A stretch of DNA of 12,113 nucleotides from a bacterium. GTDB taxonomy: Bacteria; Eisenbacteria; RBG-16-71-46. The notes below the pieces were generated by a model that saw only the letters and a list, made by a program, of their open reading frames with translations, did no database searches and had not been told where the DNA came from. The stretch covers positions 1 through 12,113 of the forward strand of contig JAYWEM010000050.1 of the NCBI GenBank assembly GCA_043779265.1, read 5' to 3'. Positions 1 through 7,386 of this stretch are shown here, one piece after another; position 1 is the stretch's first letter, and each line of letters starts with the position of its first letter. Both the position numbers and the translations under genes were made by a program.

Positions 1-443
1 AGCACCGCCGCGTACGGGTGCTGCCGGCGCCCGGTGGGATCGTGCCCGTAGAACAGCAGGTGGCCGTCGACGGTGATCAGCGTGAAGTCGTCCATGAACT
101 GCGTTGGCACGAACAGCGGCGCCTCGAAGTCCCGCGACTGCGTCGCCAGCGCCCGCACGATGGCCTCGGCATTGCCTCCGGCCCGCGCCACGTTCTCGGC
201 GCTGACCGTGCGCTCGCGCACACGTGCCAGGAGCTCGCCCTCGAACACCTCGGAGATGTTCTCGGTGAGATAGGCGTTGTAGCGGGCCGTCTGCACCTCG
301 ACCTCTCGGGAGATGCGCAGCGTCAGCATCGTGGCAACGCCCGCCAGGATGAGCGCCGGCACGGCAACGCCCCCGACGAGCAGCGCCAGTTTGGCCTGGC
401 GCGAACGCGGGAGCCTCAGACGACCGATTGCCGGGAAGGACAT
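1..443 (-). CDS. Membrane-anchored protein, N-terminal part (probable sensor histidine kinase: TM helix plus extracytoplasmic domain); runs off the left edge
   Basis: Translated by hand from the ATG at 443-441: MSFPAIGRLRLPRSRQAKLALLVGGVAVPALILAGVATMLTLRISREVEVQTARYNAYLTENISEVFEGELLARVRERTVSAENVARAGGNAEAIVRALATQSRDFEAPLFVPTQFMDDFTLITVDGHLLFYGHDPTGRRQHPYAAV. The frame is open to the window edge with strong GC3 bias. A basic N-terminus is followed by one hydrophobic helix and a helical domain. It is missing from the ORF track because no stop lies in the window. The kinase call rests on architecture only; no H-box is visible. Confidence 0.7.
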   Translation of the reverse strand, partial: MSFPAIGRLRLPRSRQAKLALLVGGVAVPALILAGVATMLTLRISREVEVQTARYNAYLTENISEVFEGELLARVRERTVSAENVARAGGNAEAIVRALATQSRDFEAPLFVPTQFMDDFTLITVDGHLLFYGHDPTGRRQHPYAAV

Positions 444-450
444 GGGCGGG

Positions 451-456
451 AGCCTA
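451..456 (-). promoter_or_regulatory. Putative -10 hexamer (TAGGCT) for a leaderless transcript
   Basis: Minus strand reads TAGGCT-cccgccc-ATG (7-nt spacer), with no SD-like sequence. Confidence 0.55.
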
Positions 457-476
457 GTGGGGCGCGGGGCGGGATG

Positions 477-514
477 CGAACGGCCGGCCCTCGCGAGAGA
501 GGGCCGGCCGTTCG
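477..514 (-). terminator. Perfect 16-bp hairpin, probable terminator or 3' stabilising stem of the Cys-rich gene
   Basis: CGAACGGCCGGCCCTC (477-492) and GAGGGCCGGCCGTTCG (499-514) are exact reverse complements around a 6-nt loop. The stem begins 16 nt after the TGA at 533-531. There is no U-tract. Confidence 0.7.
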
Positions 515-530
515 TGGCTACGGAAGGACG

Positions 531-1229
531 TCAGCGTGCGGCGATCTGCGCGCCTGTCATCGAGTGGATCATCTGGACGACGGCCTTGTCGCTCGACGTG
601 AGCAGGTCCATCGCACCCTTCTCGATGTTGACCACCTCGCGGTGGAGCTTGCCGCTCGCGAGCGCGCCGCGCAGCTGCTTGCAGGTGCCGCACAGCTTGG
701 CGTCGGCCTTGCGGCTGGCCATCGAGCTCTTCATGCCCTCGCCGCGGCGGGCGACCGCCTCCTGCACCGCGCGCACACCCTCGGCGCCTTCGGCCAGGTA
801 CACGATCATGACGCCGTTCTTGAGAGCCTGGACCTGCGAACGGCCGCCAATCGAGCCGATCTGCGTCTCGCACATCGCCCAGTCCTCGCACGCGCTGCAG
901 TCCATCGCCATCGCGTGGTCGGCGCAGCCGCCCTCGGCGACGCCTGCGGTCTTGGCCGACGCCGTGGCGCCCTTGGTCATGCAGCAGTCCTTCGAGGCCG
1001 ACGCGCTCTTGGTCATGCTGCACGCGCCCGAGGCGGCATTCGTCGCCGAGACCTTGGAGCCCTTGGCGGACTTGGCCGACTTGGTGGCGCAGCAGTCCAT
1101 CGTGGCGGAAGCGGCCGAGGCTGACGTGCCCTTGTTCGACTTGTGAGCGTCGCACGCATGGCTGGTGCCGAACGTGGCGATTGCAGCTGCACAGCAGGTG
1201 GCGAGTGCAAGGAGTCGCAGCTGATTCAT
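531..1229 (-). CDS. Secreted cysteine-rich hypothetical protein (232 aa), possible metal-binding protein
   Basis: ATG at 1229 with GGAGG 9 nt upstream. Signal-peptide-like MNQLRLLALATCCAAAIATFGTSHA, then a low-complexity S/A/K/T region with DCC motifs, then two CxxC motifs (CSAC 899-888, CGTC 692-681). Codon usage is strongly GC3-biased and a hairpin follows the stop. The track's start at 1328 is probably too far upstream. Confidence 0.85.
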   Translation of the reverse strand: MNQLRLLALATCCAAAIATFGTSHACDAHKSNKGTSASAASATMDCCATKSAKSAKGSKVSATNAASGACSMTKSASASKDCCMTKGATASAKTAGVAEGGCADHAMAMDCSACEDWAMCETQIGSIGGRSQVQALKNGVMIVYLAEGAEGVRAVQEAVARRGEGMKSSMASRKADAKLCGTCKQLRGALASGKLHREVVNIEKGAMDLLTSSDKAVVQMIHSMTGAQIAAR

Positions 1230-1238
1230 GAGGACCAA

Positions 1239-1243
1239 CCTCC
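1239..1243 (-). promoter_or_regulatory. Shine-Dalgarno GGAGG for the Cys-rich gene
   Basis: Minus strand reads GGAGG-ttggtcctc-ATG. Confidence 0.75.
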
Positions 1244-1498
1244 CGGAAAGGTGGGCTCTGCGGACCGAGGTCCGCGGTGGGCGCTTCTTGATGAAGAACA
1301 TCGGCAGAACCGAGAGGAATCGTGGCACCCGAGTGGTGAAGCCGTGTCAGGGAAGCGTGAAAACGCCGCGAACTGCGCGCCTATCTCACGCGTGCGTCAG
1401 GTTCGGCCAGCGGCCCGGACGCGGGCGCCTGAACGCCTCGAATGCTCCTCTAGAGGAAGCTGTGCGTCATCAGCATGGCCGCGCCGCCTCGCTGCCGC

Positions 1499-1504
1499 TA
1501 CATT
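1499..1504 (+). promoter_or_regulatory. Putative -10 hexamer (TACATT), very short leader
   Basis: TACATT-cggcgttcgc-ATG(1515), 10-nt spacer, no SD. Confidence 0.5.
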
Positions 1505-1514
1505 CGGCGTTCGC

Positions 1515-2729
1515 ATGCCTCCCCGCCGCCGCGCTTCCAAGTCCCTGCCATCGTCGGCTCCGACCCTGATCGCACTCGCCGTGCTCGCACTGCTGCTGTT
1601 CGGGGGCGGCGAGGCATGGCGATGGTCGCGCAGCGATCAGGGCCGACTGTTCGTCGCCCGTCATCTGCACTGGGGCGACAGGGCGCACGTCGTCCGCATC
1701 CTGAGTCAGCGGATCCGCGCGGGGCTCGAGTCGGCCAAAGTGCCGCAAGCGGCCGTCGCCGAGGAGACGATCGAGCGCGAGCGAGGTCCTGCGCTGAGAT
1801 GGCGGGTCACGTTGCCGCCGGCCGGTGCGCCGCTTCAGGTCAACTACGCGATCACGCACATGGTCGAGGCCGCAGGAGGCGAGGTGCTCTCGGCCAAGGA
1901 ACGCCGGGGCGAGGCCGGCGCGCTCGACGTGATCCTGCGCGTCGGGTTGCCCGGCCGACCGACTCACGAGGTCGTGCTGCACCGCCCGGGGCGCGAGGCC
2001 CCCGCGCTCAAGCGGGGCGACGACTCAGCGATCGCCAAGCCGGCAGCGCCGCGCATCGCACTCGTGCTGACTGGGCTCGACGAAACGTCTCCGTACCTGA
2101 TCGCGCTGCTGCAGAAGGGCGTTCCGCTGGCGCTCGCCGTGCCCGCGGCCGGCCCGAGCCGAAAGCCCCTGCTGCAACTGGCCGCGCGCCATCAGGCCGA
2201 GGTCGTGCTGCAGATCCCGATGGAGCCCGAGAACTACCCGCACTCGAATCCCGGGCCCGGCACGCTGCGCGTGGACATGCCCAAGGGCAAGATCGAGTCC
2301 GAGGTGCGCCGGTTCATCACCGGCATCGAGCGGCTCGCGGCGGTCTCCAATCTGATGGGCGGCTTCGCAGCGCAGGACGAGCAGTTCATGCGCGCGTTCT
2401 ACGATGGCGTGAAGCGCGAGGGCCAGGTGTTCCTGCACGTCTCGCCGCCGTCACGATCGGTGTGCAAGGCGCTCGCCTCCGAAGTGGGGCTCGAGTACGA
2501 CGAGCCCGACGCCATGCTCGAGGCGCCCGCCAAGGGCGACGCATCCAAGTCGCTCGATCCCGCGTGGAACGATGCGCTGGAGCGCGCGAGTCGTCACGGC
2601 CAGGCGCTGGTGATCCTGCGCTTGAACGAGGCGTCCGCGCGCTGGCTCACCGCACGCCTCTCCGACACCGAGGCCGGCGTCGAGTGGGCCAGGGCCTCCG
2701 AAGTGCTGCGGCGGCCGGCGGCGCTGTAG
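1515..2729 (+). CDS. Divergent polysaccharide deacetylase family protein (YibQ/Polysacc_deac_2-like) with N-terminal membrane anchor; catalytic motifs degenerate
   Basis: Motifs RIALVLTGL, EVVLQIPMEPENYP..NPGPGTL, AVSNLMGG and A...GQALVI match the family order (typically AIIIDDxG, LHLPMEP, GVNNHMGS, AIAIGH). Start placed at ATG 1515 (MPPRRRASK followed by a hydrophobic helix), giving 404 aa. Confidence 0.85.
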   Translation: MPPRRRASKSLPSSAPTLIALAVLALLLFGGGEAWRWSRSDQGRLFVARHLHWGDRAHVVRILSQRIRAGLESAKVPQAAVAEETIERERGPALRWRVTLPPAGAPLQVNYAITHMVEAAGGEVLSAKERRGEAGALDVILRVGLPGRPTHEVVLHRPGREAPALKRGDDSAIAKPAAPRIALVLTGLDETSPYLIALLQKGVPLALAVPAAGPSRKPLLQLAARHQAEVVLQIPMEPENYPHSNPGPGTLRVDMPKGKIESEVRRFITGIERLAAVSNLMGGFAAQDEQFMRAFYDGVKREGQVFLHVSPPSRSVCKALASEVGLEYDEPDAMLEAPAKGDASKSLDPAWNDALERASRHGQALVILRLNEASARWLTARLSDTEAGVEWARASEVLRRPAAL

Positions 2730-2749
2730 CGCAAGGCACGTTCCCCCGC

Positions 2750-2755
2750 TATCCT
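2750..2755 (+). promoter_or_regulatory. Putative -10 hexamer (TATCCT) for a leaderless transcript
   Basis: TATCCT-gcgcgcgc-ATG(2764), 8-nt spacer, no SD. Confidence 0.55.
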
Positions 2756-2763
2756 GCGCGCGC

Positions 2764-4740
2764 ATGTCTGACGGACAGGATGTCCTCGGCGCTTTGCGCG
2801 CAGCTCACGCACGCGGCTTCCACCTCCACGATGGACTCGGCGGCCATGCCGCGGGAACGTCGGCGGGGGCTCCAGCGATGCGCGCGCAAGTGCTCCTCTC
2901 GCTGCCCGGCCCCGATGGCCCGCGTGCGCGCGTGCTGCGCTTCGACGACCGGCTCACCAAGGGCGGCCACGCGCAGGAACTCTCGGCCGCGTTCCTGATC
3001 TCGCGTGCGGGCGGCCTCACGTATCGGCCCGGCGCGCTCGCCATGCTCGAACACTTCGAGAGCGGTCCCGTGGCGCTGTGGCGCTGGCGGCTCGATGACG
3101 TGGTCCTCGAGCGCCGCATCCGCCTGCTCGACGGGCACCTGGCGTTGATGACCTCCTGGCGGCTGCTGGAGGGCGCCGATGCGCGCATCACCGTGGCCCC
3201 GCTGCTGGTCTCGCGCGAGCTGCACGGCCTGCAGCGAGAGGACGCCGCGTTCCGGGGCGCCTCGCAGGGCATCCCCGGCCGCGTCCGCATCGACACCTTG
3301 GAGGGCGAACCGCCCCTGACGATGTGGCACAACGGCGTGTTCGTGCCCGCCCGCACTTGGCAGCGCGGCCTCGCCTACCCGCTCGAGAGCGCCAGCGAGG
3401 ACGGCGATCCGGCGCTCGCGGCGATCGCCTCGGAGGACGCCTGCGTGCCGGGCTGGGTGCAGGCCGATCTGCCCGAAGCGGGCAGTGCGCTGCATCTGGT
3501 GATCTCGAGCGAGGAGCACCTGTTCCGCACGCTCGCCGCCGAGGAGCGCCTGGGCGCCCCGCCCGCGCGCACGCTCGATGCCTGCCTCGCGGCACTCGAT
3601 GACTCGTCCACCTCGAAGCGCGCGGGCTGGCAGCGGTTCGCCCATGCGGGCGCGGAGTTCACCGTGCGCCAGGCCGCTGTGGCACACGGCGGCGCGAGCG
3701 AGGCACGTGCCCGCGAGCCGCAGCCGATGTTGGAGGAGCGCGATCCGTGGACCGCCGCACTGGCGACGAGGCTGCACTCTGCGCTCACGCGCCGACAGGG
3801 CCGGCTCACGCTCGCCGCCGAAGTCGGCGGGCTCGAACTGGGCGCGCCGACACTGCGCGCCGCATGCGCCTTCGTCTCACTGCGCGCGTTCGAGACCGCT
3901 CGCGCGATCGCGCGCGGTTACCTCGAGTACCTCGATGAGGGCCTCGCGCCCGAGGCGTTCCTGCCCAACGGTGAGCCGCGACATGGCGACCCCGAAGCCT
4001 CACTCTGGCTCATCCATCTGGTCGAGCTGCTGGCGAGACGCGACCCCGAGGGCTCGGATCTGTTCATCCGGGAGACCGCCTGGCCCGCGCTCGAGGGCGT
4101 CATGCACCACCTGCGCTCGGGCGCCCGCTCGGGTGTGCGCTGCGACCGTGACGGCCTGCTGTGGTGCGGCGAGGGCGAGTCCACGCACGCGCGCGCCGAC
4201 CTCAACGCGCTCTGGTACCACGCGCTGGTGGCGCTGGCGCAACTCGGCAAGCGCACCGGGCACCGCGAGCACGCCGCGTTCTCGCTCGCGTGGGCGCATG
4301 AGCTGCAGCGCCGGTTCGTCGAGGTGTTCTGGGACGCGTCGACCCGCGGGCTCGCGCTATCGCTCGGCGCAGCCGGGCTCACGCGAGGGGTCGCGCCGGG
4401 TGCGCTGTGGGCCGCCGCGCTGCCCCCGGCGCTTCTGAATGCGGAGCAGGCGCGCACCATGCTCGACACGCTCGAGCGCGAACTCGGCGAGCCGCTGGGA
4501 TTCCGCGCGCGGCCCGACGAGAGCCCGCCCGATGCGGCGTGGTTGGGCGCGTGGGCGGCGGCGCACCTGCGTGCGCACAGCCGCGACGCCGCGAGCGTCG
4601 CGCGTGTCCAGGCACGATTCGCAAGGCTCGCCGCCTCGCTCGATGTGCCCTCGCTGCCGGCGGTCACTGCGGGCTCTTTACTCGTCGCGTGGATCGAGGA
4701 TGTCGATCACAGCGGCCTCGAGCTGCTCTCGCCGCGCTGA
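2764..4740 (+). CDS. Glycogen debranching enzyme-like protein (GDE_N plus amylo-alpha-1,6-glucosidase/GDE_C-like), degenerate active site
   Basis: N-terminal DGLGGHAAGT resembles the family's EWLxTxGLGGFASGT. Also present: PLLVSRELH, EDACVPG, GLAPEAF...ASLWLI, DGLL, LNALWY..L and FVEVFW, in the family order. 658 aa, no frameshift. Confidence 0.8.
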   Translation: MSDGQDVLGALRAAHARGFHLHDGLGGHAAGTSAGAPAMRAQVLLSLPGPDGPRARVLRFDDRLTKGGHAQELSAAFLISRAGGLTYRPGALAMLEHFESGPVALWRWRLDDVVLERRIRLLDGHLALMTSWRLLEGADARITVAPLLVSRELHGLQREDAAFRGASQGIPGRVRIDTLEGEPPLTMWHNGVFVPARTWQRGLAYPLESASEDGDPALAAIASEDACVPGWVQADLPEAGSALHLVISSEEHLFRTLAAEERLGAPPARTLDACLAALDDSSTSKRAGWQRFAHAGAEFTVRQAAVAHGGASEARAREPQPMLEERDPWTAALATRLHSALTRRQGRLTLAAEVGGLELGAPTLRAACAFVSLRAFETARAIARGYLEYLDEGLAPEAFLPNGEPRHGDPEASLWLIHLVELLARRDPEGSDLFIRETAWPALEGVMHHLRSGARSGVRCDRDGLLWCGEGESTHARADLNALWYHALVALAQLGKRTGHREHAAFSLAWAHELQRRFVEVFWDASTRGLALSLGAAGLTRGVAPGALWAAALPPALLNAEQARTMLDTLERELGEPLGFRARPDESPPDAAWLGAWAAAHLRAHSRDAASVARVQARFARLAASLDVPSLPAVTAGSLLVAWIEDVDHSGLELLSPR

Positions 4741-4752
4741 TCGGCGCTCGGC

Positions 4753-7380
4753 TCAGTTCGTCGAGCCGGAGTCCCTCGCGGTCGTGTCGGGCGGGGTCGT
4801 CGGCGCCAACGGCGTCGCGCGCTTGCCCGGGCGTCCGAAGAAACCCTTGAGCACATCGCCCGCCGACTTCTTGAGGCTGTCGGCGGTCATCTTGAGATTC
4901 GCGCCCGTTCCCGCACGCGCACTATCGCCCGAGAGGCCGAGCCGATCGGTGAGCGCGCGCGTCGCCGCGGCCTTCGCCTCCTGCTCCAGACGGCGCCCCT
5001 CGCCCTCGAGCTTGGCGCGCTGCTCGGCGATCGCCTGCGAGGCGCGCCCCGCCAGACGATCGCGCATCGACTGCGTGTCCCACGCGACGCGCGGGCTCCT
5101 GGCCGTGCCGGTGACTCGCAGGTCGAGCAGCATGCGTCCCTGCTCGTCCTGCATCGCGCCGGCGGCGAACGCCGAGCGCGCGCGCAGCGCCTCGATGGCG
5201 GCCGGCGGCAGCGTCACGCTGACCGCATAGTCGATGGCGCCATCGAAACCGATCGACCCGATCAGCTTGTAGTCGCCGTTCGGCCCGGAGATCTGCACCG
5301 GATCGGTGATGACCCGGCCGCGCTCGATGCGCAGCGGCAACTGCAGGTCCTTGAAGGCGATCTCCCTCAGCGCCGGGATCTTCACGTACTGCGCCACGGC
5401 ATCAAGTGCCGGGCCGGGCCCCAGCTGGCCCTCGGCGAAGGCGGCGAGCCCGACCAGCGTCAGCGTGCGCTTGAGATCCTCGGGGCTCTGGCCCTGTCCC
5501 GAGAAGTCGAAGTCCGAGGACAACGTCCCGCTCAGCAGCCCCTTGATCGGCGTCCACGTGGCGAGCAGAGCGTCCGCCTGCACCGACTTCACGTGCGTCT
5601 GGATCGAGTAGGCGGGGCTCTGCGTGTCGCGCAGGTCGAATCGCGCCGAGCCTCCGACCGTGCCGCCGTAGCCCTTCATGCTGAACGCCGGACTCGCGAG
5701 CACAGCGGGCTCCAGCTGAACCATCGCCTCGACGTCGGTCACATCGAGCTTGCCCTGCAGCAGGCGCGCGATGCGCACGCGGCCACCGCCTCGTGCGTTC
5801 GGGAGGAACGGCGCTCCGGGCGTGGTCGGGAGCAGGTCCGCGAGGTCCAGGTGCGGCGAGCGGAAGTCGAACTCGACACCGGCTGGCGCCACCGACTCGG
5901 GCGCCGCCAGGAGTGCGAGCGGCCGCGTCACCTGGCCATCCATCACGAATGAGGACTTGCCCGCCTTGGCGGTGAGGCCGCGCACCGAGGCGCGGTCATT
6001 GGCGAACTCGATCGAACCCGTGATTCCCTCGACCGGCTGCGGCAGCCCCTCGGCGCGCACGCGCACATCGGCCAGCTTGGCCCGGCCCTGCAGCTGCAGC
6101 GCACCGGGATCGGCGGCGCGGCCACGGCCGCGCACATCGAGCGCCGCGCGGCCCGAGAGCTCGGTGCCCGCGGTCACGACCAACGGCGCCACGGCCGCCA
6201 GATCGACATCGCCCTGCACCGCGAACGAGACCATGGGATCGGCGAAGCGGGTCGCGGTCAGCTGCGCACGCACCGGCTGGCCCGAGACCGAGGCGCTCAG
6301 GTTGCTCACCATGACGCTGTCGGGCGCGAGCCGGACATCGGCGCGCAGTTGCTCGACCCCGACCGGCGCCTTGGCGTACCGGAACGCGGCCTCTCGTAGC
6401 GCGATCGTGCCCGTGATCGCGGGGGGCGGATCGCCCGGGCGACTCGGCACGACGCCTCGCACCACGACATCGAAAGCCAACTGCCCGCTGCCCGAGAGTC
6501 CGGCGAGCGCCTTGGCATCGGCGGCCGAGGCCCACCGCAGCAGCTCCGCCACATCGAGCTGCTGCCCCTTGGCGCGCAGATCGAGCCTCGCCTGCGGTCC
6601 CGGATCGTCGATGACCCCGGCGAGCACCAACTCGGTGCGCCCGAACTGCAGCGCGAGCCGCTCGAGCGCGAGGCGCTTGCGGGCGCCGTCGAACGCGCCA
6701 CGGTGCTCGACCTCGAATGCGAGGCCCGCCAGCGCCTGCGACAGGTCCTGCACGCGCGCCGCCGAGAGCGGCCCCTGCGCGATCCCGCTGATCGTCGTGC
6801 GCCCAGCGGTGCTGATCTGCTCGCCGCCCGCTCTCGTCGCCAGCGAGAGCCGGGTGTCGAGCGCGAACGTCAGGCGCTTGCCGGCGCGCAGGTCATCGAC
6901 CAGCACGCGGCCGCCTCGGACCTCGAAGGCCCGGAGGTCGAGGTCCATCGCCGCGGCCGGCGCGCCCGCCTTCGCCTCGGCGCCGAGTGAGTCGAGGTTG
7001 GTGGAGCCATCGGCGCGCAGCACCAGGTGCAGCGCCGGCTCCTCGATCACCAGCTTCCGCACCACCACCTTGCGAGAGAGGAGCGGCAGCAGTTCGAGGT
7101 CCAGCCCGAGGTGCGCGGCCGAGAACGCGGCGCCCTCGGAGAAGCCGCCCGGCTCGGCCAGCTCGGGGCGAGTGACCACCAGACGCACCGGCGGCCACAG
7201 CGTGAGTCCGGCATCGGCGAAGCGCACCTCGCGTCGCAGCCCCGACGCGAGCGCCTCGGCCACCATCACGCGCACCTTGGCCGGCGGGAACAGCGCGGCG
7301 AGAGCAGCCCAGGCCACCCCGACCACCACCACCGGAACCGCCAACCACCACACCCACCGAGGAATCGTTCGATTCGCCAT
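4753..7380 (-). CDS. AsmA-family protein (N-terminal TM anchor, long beta-rich body, AsmA-like C-terminal region), 875 aa
   Basis: MANRTIPRWVWWLAVPVVVVGVAWAALAALFPP anchor; AsmA N-domain-like LGLDLELLPLLSRKVVVRKLVIEEPALHLVLRADGSTNLDSL; C-terminal GYGGTVGG...LSGTLS...GSIGFDGAIDY...LRVTGTARSPRV. The track's start at 7887 overlaps purE antisense, so the start is placed at 7380. Confidence 0.88.
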   Translation of the reverse strand: MANRTIPRWVWWLAVPVVVVGVAWAALAALFPPAKVRVMVAEALASGLRREVRFADAGLTLWPPVRLVVTRPELAEPGGFSEGAAFSAAHLGLDLELLPLLSRKVVVRKLVIEEPALHLVLRADGSTNLDSLGAEAKAGAPAAAMDLDLRAFEVRGGRVLVDDLRAGKRLTFALDTRLSLATRAGGEQISTAGRTTISGIAQGPLSAARVQDLSQALAGLAFEVEHRGAFDGARKRLALERLALQFGRTELVLAGVIDDPGPQARLDLRAKGQQLDVAELLRWASAADAKALAGLSGSGQLAFDVVVRGVVPSRPGDPPPAITGTIALREAAFRYAKAPVGVEQLRADVRLAPDSVMVSNLSASVSGQPVRAQLTATRFADPMVSFAVQGDVDLAAVAPLVVTAGTELSGRAALDVRGRGRAADPGALQLQGRAKLADVRVRAEGLPQPVEGITGSIEFANDRASVRGLTAKAGKSSFVMDGQVTRPLALLAAPESVAPAGVEFDFRSPHLDLADLLPTTPGAPFLPNARGGGRVRIARLLQGKLDVTDVEAMVQLEPAVLASPAFSMKGYGGTVGGSARFDLRDTQSPAYSIQTHVKSVQADALLATWTPIKGLLSGTLSSDFDFSGQGQSPEDLKRTLTLVGLAAFAEGQLGPGPALDAVAQYVKIPALREIAFKDLQLPLRIERGRVITDPVQISGPNGDYKLIGSIGFDGAIDYAVSVTLPPAAIEALRARSAFAAGAMQDEQGRMLLDLRVTGTARSPRVAWDTQSMRDRLAGRASQAIAEQRAKLEGEGRRLEQEAKAAATRALTDRLGLSGDSARAGTGANLKMTADSLKKSAGDVLKGFFGRPGKRATPLAPTTPPDTTARDSGSTN

Positions 7381-7386
7381 GGCCGC

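Noticed and set aside
441..533. The Cys-rich gene's TGA is in frame with the downstream ATG (443) through 29 stop-free codons and is followed by a hairpin, suggesting selenocysteine or readthrough fusion
   Set aside because: An in-frame, stop-free 87-nt gap is common by chance in GC-rich DNA. The linker has poor codon usage, the hairpin is a perfect terminator-like stem rather than a recognisable SECIS, the TGA is not in a Cys-motif context, and the downstream gene has its own candidate -10.
18..1155. Long overlapping ORFs 18..1124 (+), 313..1146 (+) and 454..1155 (-)
   Set aside because: Antisense or off-frame shadows of the two real minus-strand genes; Arg-rich or featureless translations with no motifs.
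1323..1338. TGGCAC as a possible sigma-54 -24 element
   Set aside because: The -12 position reads TGGT rather than TTGC.
1143..1514. 5' extension of the deacetylase ORF, ORF 1228..1569, and the 1328 start for the Cys-rich gene
   Set aside because: They overlap the divergent gene or the promoter region and look non-coding. The starts at 1515 and 1229 have better signals and give proper N-terminal targeting sequences.
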